Shown here: piece by piece, positions 28,350 through 36,710 of the stretch | Position numbering within the stretch: position 1 is the first letter of the stretch | Layout: every line of letters begins with the position of its first letter | NCBI GenBank assembly: GCA_043827405.1 | Contig: JBDRPD010000083.1 | Location: 13,572 to 77,571 of the forward strand | Origin: Elusimicrobiota bacterium | Lineage (GTDB): Bacteria > Elusimicrobiota > Elusimicrobia > UBA1565 | Reading direction: 5' to 3' | DNA length: 64,000 nucleotides | Notes under the pieces: model-generated | Seen by the model: only the letters and a program-made list of their open reading frames with translations | Told to the model about the DNA's origin: nothing | The model's database searches: none | Translations under genes and position numbers: made by a program

Positions 28350-29741
28350 ATGGGATACGATACGGCCTCCTTCCGGGATCGCAGCGGCCGCGTTCTGCTC
28401 GCGGACGGCGCCGTCTATCGCTGCCTGAGCGCCGGAGCCCTCGCGGATTGGAACCGCCTGAAAGATACCGCCTTCTTTCGCCGCATGACGGATGACGGAC
28501 GGCTGGTGGGTACCCGCGAAGCCGACGCCGACAAAAGCAGCCGGCTGATGCCGCCGGGGGATTGGATCGGCCTGCTGGAGCATGACGTCATCCCGTTTGT
28601 TTCCTACCCGTATGAGTGGAGCTTCGGCATGCTGCGCGACGCCGCTCTGCTGCAGCTCGATATCCTCCTCGCCGCCCTGCGGGAAGGCCTGACGCTTAAA
28701 GACGCTTCCGCATTCAATATCCAATGGCGCGGCGCGCGTCCGGTGTTTATCGATATGCTGTCGTTTGCGCCGTACCGGAAAGGCGCGCCCTGGGCGGGAT
28801 ACCGCCAATTCTGCCAGATGTTTCTCTACCCGCTGTTCCTGCAGGCGTACCGCGATGTGCCGTTTCATCCCTGGACGCGCGGCGCGATAGAGGGGATCAC
28901 CCCCGAACAATGCCGCCGCCTGCTGTCGCTGCGCGACCTGCTGCGCCCCGGAGTGTTTACCCACGTCTACCTGCAGGCGAAGCTGCAGGAGCGCTGCGGC
29001 GGCGCCGGCCGCGACGCGCGGAGTGATCTTGAGCGAGTGGGATTCGATGAGAAGCTTATTCGCGCGAACCTGAGGTCTCTGCGCGGCCTGGTGGAGTCGC
29101 TGCATTGGCGGCCCGCGCGCTCCGAGTGGTCGGAGTACGGAGATGATCATAGCTATGCCGCGGAAGATCATGCGGCGAAAAAGGCGTTTGTTGAGGAGGC
29201 CGCGGCGGAGAAGCGGCGGACGCTGGTTTGGGATCTCGGCGCCAACCGCGGGGATTTCTCACGTCTCGCCGCCGAGCATGCCGACTGTGTCTTGGCCATG
29301 GACGCCGATCACCTCGTCGTAGAGCGTCTGTACCAGGAACTAAAGAAGGACGGCCGCGATAATATCCTGCCGCTGGTGATGAACGTCGCAGACGCCTCGC
29401 CGGGGCTCGGTTGGCGCGGCGCGGAGCGCCGGAGTCTGCCGGAGCGGGGGCGGCCCGGACTGGTCCTTTGTCTCGCCCTGCTGCACCATATGGTCATCAC
29501 CCATAATATTCCGCTCGCAGAGTTCGTCGCCTGGCTGGCTGAGCTGGGCGGGGACTTGGTTATTGAATTTATCGACAAGCAGGACCCGATGGTGCGCCGG
29601 CTGCTGCTTAATAAGGCGGATCAGTACGCGGATTATGAACGTTCTTGTTTCGAGTCCTGCCTGTCTCGTTATTTTACGATCGTGCGGCAGCAGGCGCTGT
29701 CCGGCGAGCGGCGGGTTCTGTACTATGGGCGGCGTAAATGA
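28350..29741 (+). CDS. noeA: NoeA-like protein: N-terminal kinase-like region plus C-terminal SAM methyltransferase
   Basis: SFRDRSG start, IPFVSYPYEWSF, LKDASAFN, FIDMLSF, C-terminal WDLGANRG motif I. Resembles rhizobial NoeA from memory. Confidence 0.7.
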   Translation: MGYDTASFRDRSGRVLLADGAVYRCLSAGALADWNRLKDTAFFRRMTDDGRLVGTREADADKSSRLMPPGDWIGLLEHDVIPFVSYPYEWSFGMLRDAALLQLDILLAALREGLTLKDASAFNIQWRGARPVFIDMLSFAPYRKGAPWAGYRQFCQMFLYPLFLQAYRDVPFHPWTRGAIEGITPEQCRRLLSLRDLLRPGVFTHVYLQAKLQERCGGAGRDARSDLERVGFDEKLIRANLRSLRGLVESLHWRPARSEWSEYGDDHSYAAEDHAAKKAFVEEAAAEKRRTLVWDLGANRGDFSRLAAEHADCVLAMDADHLVVERLYQELKKDGRDNILPLVMNVADASPGLGWRGAERRSLPERGRPGLVLCLALLHHMVITHNIPLAEFVAWLAELGGDLVIEFIDKQDPMVRRLLLNKADQYADYERSCFESCLSRYFTIVRQQALSGERRVLYYGRRK

Positions 29742-30595
29742 TTCTCATCACCGGGGCCGACGGCGCGGTCGGCTCCTACGCCGAGGAGGTCTTTGCGGGC
29801 GAGCGTCTGCATCTCGGGACGCTGGAGACGCTGGACGTTACCGACCCGGATAAGGTTTTGACGCTATGCCGCGAATTGCGGCCGGCGGCGGTGGTGCATC
29901 TCGCTTCCGAAACGGACGTGGATCGCTGCGAGAAGGAGCGCGCGCATGCCTTCCGCGTCAACGCGGATGGCGCCGCGAACGTCGCGGCGGCCTGCCGGGA
30001 AACCGGGGCGGTTATGGCGTATGTCAGCACGGGCATGGTGTTCGACGGGAGCAAGGACGAGCCCTATGTCGAGTCTGACCCCGTCGCGCCGGGCAACGTT
30101 TACGCAGAATCCAAGCTGGCGGGTGAAGAGGCGGTGCGCAGGGAGCTGGAGCGCTTCTTTATCGTTCGCACCAGCTGGCTGATCGGCGGCGGCAAGCGCG
30201 ATAAGAAATTCGTAGCCAAGATCCTGCGTCTGCTGGGGGAGCGGGATCGCATCGAGGTCGTCAGTGATCTCTACGGCACGCTCACCTATGGAAGGCAGCT
30301 GCTGCTGCAGATCAAGGCGCTGTTGGCCACCGAGCATTACGGCGTTTTCCATGCAGCCAATCCGGGTAAAGTCTCGCGTTTTGACATCGCGCAGGAGATC
30401 GTGCGCCTGATTGGGAGCTCGGCCGAAGTCGTGCCGGTCGGCGCCGAGCGCTTCCCGCTGCCGGCGCCCCGCGGAAAGTCAGAGGTGCTGTCGGTCGCCA
30501 AGCTGGAGGCGCTGGGGCTGTGCCGCATGACCGATTGGCGGCGGGCCTTGGCCGAGTATCTGGAAGAGCTGAAGCGGATAGGGAGGTGGGAATAG
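29738..30595 (+). CDS. rfbD: dTDP-4-dehydrorhamnose reductase family
   Basis: LITGADG, TDVDRCE, YVSTGMVFDG, YVESD, NVYAESKLAGEE, RTSW, VVSDLYGTLT. Confidence 0.85.
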   Translation: MILITGADGAVGSYAEEVFAGERLHLGTLETLDVTDPDKVLTLCRELRPAAVVHLASETDVDRCEKERAHAFRVNADGAANVAAACRETGAVMAYVSTGMVFDGSKDEPYVESDPVAPGNVYAESKLAGEEAVRRELERFFIVRTSWLIGGGKRDKKFVAKILRLLGERDRIEVVSDLYGTLTYGRQLLLQIKALLATEHYGVFHAANPGKVSRFDIAQEIVRLIGSSAEVVPVGAERFPLPAPRGKSEVLSVAKLEALGLCRMTDWRRALAEYLEELKRIGRWE

Positions 30596-30597
30596 GG

Positions 30598-31437
30598 ATG
30601 GGGATATTGCCCGAATGGCTGCGCCGCGTACTTCCTGAAAAGGTCCTGGTGGGGCTGCGCAAGACTCATGACGCCGCGCGCGCGGTTCCGTTCGCTTTCG
30701 GCAGCCGTTTCGAGCGGTGCGCGGTGCGAGGCTTGGCGATTGAGTTGCTGGTGACCAGCGGCATCGAGCATTATCGCGCCGAGACCTATGCCTCCAAGGA
30801 GCCGGGTACCTTGGACTGGCTGGACGCCGAGCTGCGGGAAGGCGACGTGCTCTACGACGTCGGAGCGAATATCGGCCTATATTCGCTCTACGCCGCCCAG
30901 AGGGCGCCGGGCTGCGCGGTTTTTGCGTTCGAGCCGGAGGCGCAGAACTTCGCGCACCTATGCCGCAATATCCATCGCAATGGGCTGACACAGATCGTTC
31001 CTGTCTGTGTGCCGCTGTCCGATAGGGAAGAGTTCGCCCGGCTGCACGTGACCGATATGGCGGCGGGCACCGCTTTCCATTCGCTGCACGCTCCCTCGAC
31101 CCAACGATCGGATGGTGTGCGCTCCGTGCTCGAGCAAGGCGCGCTGGCGACGTCGCTTGACCACATGACGGAGAAGCTGGGCCTGCCGGCGCCGAGCCTG
31201 CTCAAGCTCGATGTCGACGGACATGAGCTGCAGATCGTTAAGGGCATGCGATCGCTGTTGGGGTCGGGAAAGATCCGCAGCCTGATGGTTGAGATCAACG
31301 GCGAGATCGAGGGCGAGAGCGCGAGCCCCATTCCCAAGCTATTAACGGAATGCGGCTACGTTTTGGCGGCGACTTCCGACGGCGAAGCCATTCGCCGGGG
31401 CGATACCTCGCGCAATTGCGTGTTCAAGAGGAAGTAG
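30598..31437 (+). CDS. FkbM-family methyltransferase
   Basis: YDVGANIGLYS, FAFEPE, LKLDVDGHE. ATG 30598. Confidence 0.88.
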   Translation: MGILPEWLRRVLPEKVLVGLRKTHDAARAVPFAFGSRFERCAVRGLAIELLVTSGIEHYRAETYASKEPGTLDWLDAELREGDVLYDVGANIGLYSLYAAQRAPGCAVFAFEPEAQNFAHLCRNIHRNGLTQIVPVCVPLSDREEFARLHVTDMAAGTAFHSLHAPSTQRSDGVRSVLEQGALATSLDHMTEKLGLPAPSLLKLDVDGHELQIVKGMRSLLGSGKIRSLMVEINGEIEGESASPIPKLLTECGYVLAATSDGEAIRRGDTSRNCVFKRK

Positions 31438-32170
31438 ACGCGAGGTAGAGCAGGAACTCGACATTGCCTTTCGGGCCCTTCACGGGGCTCTCCATGAGGC
31501 CGCGCTCTTTCAGCCCCAGGCCCCGCGCCGCCGCGCGCACTTTCTCCACCGCTTCGCGGCGATAGCTCTCCTGGCGCACCACGCCCTTGGGCGCCTTTTT
31601 GGGTTCGAGCTCGAACTGCGGCTTGATCAGGGCGACCACCTCGCAAGGAGCCTGCAGGCAGGCCAACGCCGGCGGCAGAACGAGGGTGAGGGATATGAAG
31701 GAAACGTCGATCACCGCCAGATCGATCCGCTCGCTCGCGCCGCCCAGGAGCTCCGGCGTCAGATTTTTGGCATGGGTTTTTTCCCGGCATATCACACGGG
31801 GATCTTCGCGCAGCCGGCTGTCGAGCTGGCCGTGCCCCACATCCACGGCATAGACCTTGGCGGCTCCGCGCTGGAGCAGGCAATCGGTAAAGCCGCCGGT
31901 TGAGGCGCCGAGGTCCAGGGCGGTCCGGCCGCGGACATCGAGCCGGAAGGCGTCAAGGCCGGCGGCCAATTTGAGACCGCCGCGGGAAACGTAGGGGACG
32001 GCGTCCTTGAGCACTTCGATGCGGACGTCGGCCTTGACCGGGGTCCCCGCTTTGGTTGCAGGCCGGTCATTAAGCAGGACCTTGCCCGCCATGAGCGCGG
32101 CCTGCGCTTTGGTCCTGCTGGCAAAGAGGCCGCGTTCGACCAGGAGGGCGTCCAGGCGGAGCTTCTTCAT
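31424..32170 (-). CDS. tlyA: TlyA-family rRNA 2'-O-methyltransferase (S4 + FtsJ)
   Basis: RLDALLVERGL, YVSRGGLKL, LDLGASTGGFTDCLLQRGA, DVSFISL, LIKPQFE, SPVKGPKGNVEFL. Start moved to ATG 32170. Confidence 0.95.
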   Translation of the reverse strand: MKKLRLDALLVERGLFASRTKAQAALMAGKVLLNDRPATKAGTPVKADVRIEVLKDAVPYVSRGGLKLAAGLDAFRLDVRGRTALDLGASTGGFTDCLLQRGAAKVYAVDVGHGQLDSRLREDPRVICREKTHAKNLTPELLGGASERIDLAVIDVSFISLTLVLPPALACLQAPCEVVALIKPQFELEPKKAPKGVVRQESYRREAVEKVRAAARGLGLKERGLMESPVKGPKGNVEFLLYLASTSS

Positions 32171-32176
32171 CCCGCA

Positions 32177-32227
32177 ATTATAGCGTTTGCGAAGACCCTT
32201 GACAGTACGGGAGTGCCGCCCTACAAT
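32177..32227. promoter_or_regulatory. Overlapping divergent sigma70-type promoters
   Basis: Plus strand: TTGACA (32199-32204)-N17-TACAAT (32222-32227). Minus strand: CTGTCA (32205-32200)-N17-TATAAT (32182-32177), 6 nt before the tlyA ATG. Confidence 0.75.
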
Positions 32228-32296
32228 TAGGTAAGGGACAGGGCAGACGTAATTCGCAAAAATCATTAATTAATAACGCAATTTAAGCGAGTCCGC

Positions 32297-34888
32297 ATGA
32301 TCCTGCTTAGGTATCTTATTCTCAGTTTAATTGTTTTTGGGCTCCCGCTCCAGGCGCAGGCGGCCAGAGGCGAGCGTGGGAGTTCGGATAAGCAGAAACA
32401 GGAAGCCGAATCGCCCGGTCTCTGGAGCCGCGCCTGGAATTCCTTTAAATCGGTTTTTGTCCCGCCCGATCCTCCTCCCAGCTATCCCCCGGAAGTCGCG
32501 GAAGCGAAGTTTCAGCAATCGGTGTCCAAAACCAAGCAGTTTCTCGAATCCAAGCAAGGGCAGGAGGTCGGAAAGGGCGGGAATAAAACAGTAATAGATG
32601 AGAAGTCCATTCAGCAGTTCGAAGCCGAGGCAAACAAGCTGGCCAATGAGCCGGATCCCGAAAAGAGGGTCGCGGCGCAAAACGCTTTTCTCGCCCTGCA
32701 GGAAACCCGTAATAAGATGCGGCAGATGTACCAGCAGGAAACCGGTAACGGCCTTCTCGACCGCGCCGCACGCAAGCAGGTGCGCAATTACTATCGCGAC
32801 CAGATGAAGCACTATTCGAGCCAGCTCGATGAGATGGGCTATGGTGGGTTGGCGGGCAAATACTTCAAGTCGCAGGGCGACAAGGAAGGTCCGGCGGCGA
32901 TCGCGGAGGCGGGCGCCAAGATCGCGCCCAACTATGCGCCGGCGCAGCGGGACTGGATGAACGCCGAGCTCGATGCGGGCAACTATGAGGATGCGAAAGA
33001 CGCGGGGATGCAGGCCATGCAGCTTAATCCCGAGCATCCGGAGCCCTATGTCGGAGTATCCAAGGCCAGCTATGAGCTGCGGGACTATGAGGACGCCTAC
33101 CAGTTCTCCAAGCGGGCCCTCGACATCAACCCCCGGGACTATCGCGCGCGGACGATCAACCGCCTGTCGGTGCAGCGGCTGGGCGATCGAAGCGATACCG
33201 CGCGGGCCGACGCCGGCGCCGTTCCGGTGGTCGCGGCGAAGGCGGCCTCCGCCATGCGGACGGCTCCGGCTTATCGTCAGTTTGCGCAGCCGTCCGCCGC
33301 GGCCGACGGGCGGGCCTCCGAGCAGCTTTTGGCCTCGAAGCTCTACGCCAACAAGGCGATGACCTTGCTGCAGCAGGGCGATGCCAAGGCCGCCGCCCAG
33401 GCCGCCGTCGCCGCGCTGCGCGCCAATCCGACCAACCTCAGGGCGCGTGTCGCTTACATAAAGGCGCTGGAAAAGACCGGTCGGCATCAGTTGATGCTCT
33501 ATGCAGTTAATGAGGCGCTCAGGTATCACCCCAACAACTCGATGCTGCTGGCGATGCGGGCCGGCGCCTTCAATCATATGAAGCAGTATAAGGACGCGCT
33601 CGCTTCCGCCACTGGGGCGATCGTCGCCGACAGCAAGAACCCCGAGGCCTATCTGCAGAAGGCGTGGGCGCTCGACGGCATGGGCCGCAAGCTCGAGCGC
33701 AACCAGGCGCTGGAGCTCGCTCGTCAGTACGGCGGCGCCGGCACGAAGTACGAGCAGGTATGGGAGAAGGTAAACGAGCTCGACGAGGGGGAGCTGGCGG
33801 CCTGGCTGGCGGGTGAGAATTTGCCGCCCAAGGAGCAGGCCGCCAAGGGCGTTTGGGGCAAGGGTTTTGAGAACCGCCGCCTGCTGACTTTGGGGCTGAC
33901 CAGCATCGTCGGCGGCTTTCTTATCGCCCTCGGCTTGCTGCGGTCGTTCTCCAGCCGCTGGAAGGCGCTCATGCATCGGATTGCCCTGGCCTTCGGACGC
34001 GAATCGCCGCGGCTCGAAACGCATGCCGCGGCGGCCGGACTGCCCGGCGGCAACGGGGCTTCGCGCGATGTCGGCGAAATTTTGTCGCGCGGCTACGACG
34101 TGCGGCGGGAGCTGGGCGTGGGCGGCATGGGCATCGTTTATGAAGCCGTCGACCGTGCTCTGCAGCGCCGGGTGGCGGTCAAGAAAATGCGCGACGAAAT
34201 CCGCTCCGATCCGCGTGAGCGCGAGCGCTTTTTGGTCGAGGCGCGCACCGTCGCCACTTTGCATCATCCCAATATCGTCGAGATATTCTCCATCGTCGAG
34301 GACGGCCGCGACGCCTTCCTGATCTTTGAATTCGTCGACGGCAAGGACGTTAACGAGGTCCTGCACAAAAAGAAGCGGTTGACCTTTACCGAAGCCGTCA
34401 GCGTCCTGCGCGGGGTGACCGCGGCTCTCGACTACGCGCACAGCCGCCGTGTCGTGCACCGCGACCTTAAGCCATCCAATATCATGGTGAGTAAAGAGGG
34501 ACGGGTGAAGGTTATGGACTTCGGCGTCGCCCGTATGGCCAAGGACTCGCTTTCGCGCGTGTCGCGCACCAACACCGTCGTCGGAACGCCGCCCTATATG
34601 GCGCCGGAGCAGGAGCAGGGCCGGGTCTGCTCGGAATCCGATATCTATGCGCTCGCGGTCATGCTTTACGAGATGGTGACAGGGCGCCTGCCCTTTGAAG
34701 GGGTCGGCGCCGGCATGCTCATGGCCAAGCTCAATAAGACCTATGTGCCGGCCGGTCGCGTGGTTTCCGGTTTGCCCGCAGGCTTTGACGCGGCGCTGGA
34801 TCGGGCGTTGGAGCCCGAGCCTGAAAAGCGTTGGAAGACGGCCGGTGAGTTCCTCAGCAGCCTCGACGCGCTGTCGATACCGCGCTGA
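32297..34888 (+). CDS. Hanks-type Ser/Thr kinase with signal peptide, extracytoplasmic TPR region, TM helix and C-terminal kinase domain
   Basis: Signal peptide ending AQA, TPR-like helices, TM at ~33881-33940. Kinase motifs LGVGGMG, VAVK, HRDLKPSN, DFG, GTPPYMAPE, SDIY are all intact. Confidence 0.9.
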   Translation: MILLRYLILSLIVFGLPLQAQAARGERGSSDKQKQEAESPGLWSRAWNSFKSVFVPPDPPPSYPPEVAEAKFQQSVSKTKQFLESKQGQEVGKGGNKTVIDEKSIQQFEAEANKLANEPDPEKRVAAQNAFLALQETRNKMRQMYQQETGNGLLDRAARKQVRNYYRDQMKHYSSQLDEMGYGGLAGKYFKSQGDKEGPAAIAEAGAKIAPNYAPAQRDWMNAELDAGNYEDAKDAGMQAMQLNPEHPEPYVGVSKASYELRDYEDAYQFSKRALDINPRDYRARTINRLSVQRLGDRSDTARADAGAVPVVAAKAASAMRTAPAYRQFAQPSAAADGRASEQLLASKLYANKAMTLLQQGDAKAAAQAAVAALRANPTNLRARVAYIKALEKTGRHQLMLYAVNEALRYHPNNSMLLAMRAGAFNHMKQYKDALASATGAIVADSKNPEAYLQKAWALDGMGRKLERNQALELARQYGGAGTKYEQVWEKVNELDEGELAAWLAGENLPPKEQAAKGVWGKGFENRRLLTLGLTSIVGGFLIALGLLRSFSSRWKALMHRIALAFGRESPRLETHAAAAGLPGGNGASRDVGEILSRGYDVRRELGVGGMGIVYEAVDRALQRRVAVKKMRDEIRSDPRERERFLVEARTVATLHHPNIVEIFSIVEDGRDAFLIFEFVDGKDVNEVLHKKKRLTFTEAVSVLRGVTAALDYAHSRRVVHRDLKPSNIMVSKEGRVKVMDFGVARMAKDSLSRVSRTNTVVGTPPYMAPEQEQGRVCSESDIYALAVMLYEMVTGRLPFEGVGAGMLMAKLNKTYVPAGRVVSGLPAGFDAALDRALEPEPEKRWKTAGEFLSSLDALSIPR

Positions 34889-34902
34889 GTGCGCCGCTCT
34901 TG

Positions 34903-34931
34903 TTGATTGGGCGGGATTTCTCTGATATACT
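34903..34931 (+). promoter_or_regulatory. sigma70-type promoter for ssrA
   Basis: TTGATT (34903-34908)-N17-TATACT (34926-34931) with a TG extended -10. Confidence 0.7.
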
Positions 34932-35012
34932 GCGGGGGGCCTGTCACTCGCGTTTATCGCGTCCGCAATCCTTCCTTAATAGTCCGGTGGTATGCTGAAG
35001 GGTGCGATAAAC

Positions 35013-35370
35013 GGGGGTGAATAGGTTCGACATGGGTCGTTTCGTCTGACGGTCGCAGGCCCTGGTTGGTCGGAGCCAGGATAAAATCCGCCCAAACAAC
35101 AACTGCCAACTCACCGTTGGCCTGGGCAACTGCCTAAACCGCAGTAAGTCCACGTCGGTCCTCCAATGCCTGCTAGGGGGAGTCCGGCGCCAAGAAGCGG
35201 GCTGGGGAACGCGGCGCGAGCGTCGTCGCCGCGGTCCCGAGACAAAACGAGGCTAGTCCCGGGATACTCGTTCGGCGGTTTTTCCGGGGCGAAACTGAAG
35301 CCGAACTAAGCCTGTAGTGGTCTCAGACAGCGTTCCGTGGACGCGGGTGCGATTCCCGCCACCTCCACCA
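35013..35370 (+). ncRNA. ssrA: tmRNA (transfer-messenger RNA)
   Basis: 5' GGGGGTGAATAGGTTCGAC pairs with 3' CACCTCC-ACCA, with the G3.U alanine identity pair. T-arm GCGGG-TGCGATT-CCCGC. 358 nt. Likely tag ORF 35105-35137 encodes ANSPLAWATA*. Confidence 0.95.
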
Positions 35371-35384
35371 TTTTATTGGCAGCA

Positions 35385-36710
35385 ATGCTGAACAGACGCA
35401 ACGTCACTTTCATCGTCTGCTGTCTCATCTTTGCCGCGGTATCCGCAGCGCTCTACCGCCTGCAAGGCTGGGAGGCCGTGCTGTTTCCCGCCTATGGCCT
35501 GATCTACTTGTGGAACGACCTCCGCAACGAGGAAGAAACCCACATCATATTTTTGTTTTTGACCTTCATCGCCGGTTTTCTTGTATCGACTCGTCTCGCC
35601 GATGTCGTTGTGGTCGCCGCCTTGGTCGCCGAGGGGGTCGGTATTGTGCTGTTGTGTGCGGGGCTGAGCATCCACCGCGGCCGGCTCGGCGGTGAAAGCC
35701 ACCGCATCCGTTCCGAGGTCGAGAAGCTGGATCTCCATATCCGGGATCATCAGCGCGAGCATAAGTTCTATCAGGCTTATGAATCCTCCGCGCTCACCCA
35801 GATCCGGCTGCGCCGCGATCTGACGCAGGCGGCGCGCAGCCTCGGCAACACCATGGACTCTCAGGAGGTCAAGCTCCGCCTGACCGGAATCCTTGAGGGG
35901 CGATTCAAGGGGAGCAAGGTGAGCATTCTGCCGGGCCGCGCGGATGACCCGGTGGCCCAGTACGTCCTCAAGAGCAGAACGCCGGTTTTGGTCAAGGATA
36001 TGCGCAAGGAGGTCCGCTTCGGCCCGCGGACGCCCGCCGCCGAGCTGCGCTCGTCGCTCGTCGTGCAGCTCAATGTCATGAAGAAGCCCTACGGTTTTGT
36101 GCGCGTTGAGACCGGCCAGCCCGATGCCTATTCCAACGATGATCTCAAGACGGTGGATCTGTTCGCGACGCTGGCCGGGCTGACCCTGGAGAATATCCAG
36201 CTCTATGACAAGGTGGGGACCATGGCGGCGCACGACAGCCTGACCCGGCTGGTCACCCAGCGCACTTTTCTGCAGCGGCTGAAAGAAGAGCTCCTGCGCG
36301 CCGGGCGCGCCCAGATGCCGTTATCCCTGATTATGCTCGATGTCGATCACTTCAAGCGCTACAACGACACCTATGGTCACCAGGCCGGCGACGAGGTGCT
36401 GCGCACGGTTTCCCGCATCCTCGTCAACCGTATCCGGCAGGTGGACTGCGCGGCGCGCTATGGGGGCGAGGAGTTTATGGTCATCCTTCCGAACGTCGAC
36501 CCCCCCCGGGCGCGAGAGGTCGCCGAGGATCTCCGGGCGGCGATTGAAGCGGAGCCGCTGATATTCCAGGGACAGCGCACCCGGGTCACGGCGAGCTTCG
36601 GCGTGTCCTCCTTTCCGCAGGATGCGACCTCGCAGAGCCAGCTGGTGCGCTCGGTCGACGAGCGGCTCTATCAAAGTAAAGCGCAAGGGCGCAACCGGGT
36701 GACCGGATGA
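35385..36710 (+). CDS. Membrane-anchored GAF-GGDEF diguanylate cyclase
   Basis: N-terminal TM helices, coiled coil, GAF-like region, DVDHFKRYNDTYGHQAGD, RQVD I-site, YGGEEF. Start moved to ATG 35385 because GTG 35337 lies inside tmRNA. Confidence 0.9.
   Translation: MLNRRNVTFIVCCLIFAAVSAALYRLQGWEAVLFPAYGLIYLWNDLRNEEETHIIFLFLTFIAGFLVSTRLADVVVVAALVAEGVGIVLLCAGLSIHRGRLGGESHRIRSEVEKLDLHIRDHQREHKFYQAYESSALTQIRLRRDLTQAARSLGNTMDSQEVKLRLTGILEGRFKGSKVSILPGRADDPVAQYVLKSRTPVLVKDMRKEVRFGPRTPAAELRSSLVVQLNVMKKPYGFVRVETGQPDAYSNDDLKTVDLFATLAGLTLENIQLYDKVGTMAAHDSLTRLVTQRTFLQRLKEELLRAGRAQMPLSLIMLDVDHFKRYNDTYGHQAGDEVLRTVSRILVNRIRQVDCAARYGGEEFMVILPNVDPPRAREVAEDLRAAIEAEPLIFQGQRTRVTASFGVSSFPQDATSQSQLVRSVDERLYQSKAQGRNRVTG

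Noticed and set aside
27771-29171. Long antisense ORFs (also 32327..34459, 38266..39135, 57418..58620, 62701..63969 and many shorter ones)
   Set aside because: They mirror well-supported genes on the opposite strand and have no motifs. Such shadow ORFs are expected in high-GC coding DNA.
31424-32170. TlyA as a hemolysin or virulence factor
   Set aside because: The motifs support the widespread rRNA methyltransferase; nothing in the sequence supports toxin function.
35337-35384. N-terminal extension of the first diguanylate cyclase from GTG 35337
   Set aside because: It lies within the tmRNA T-arm and acceptor stem; ATG 35385 is the plausible start.
35340-35400. tmRNA 3' end as an integration site for a genomic island
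   Set aside because: No integrase nearby, no duplicated ssrA 3' fragment noticed in the window, and no compositional shift downstream.
36500-36507. C8 tract in the DGC gene (also G8 at 60557-60564 and T8 at 49509-49516) as phase-variation sites
   Set aside because: Runs of 8 are expected by chance at this composition, and the frames are intact.
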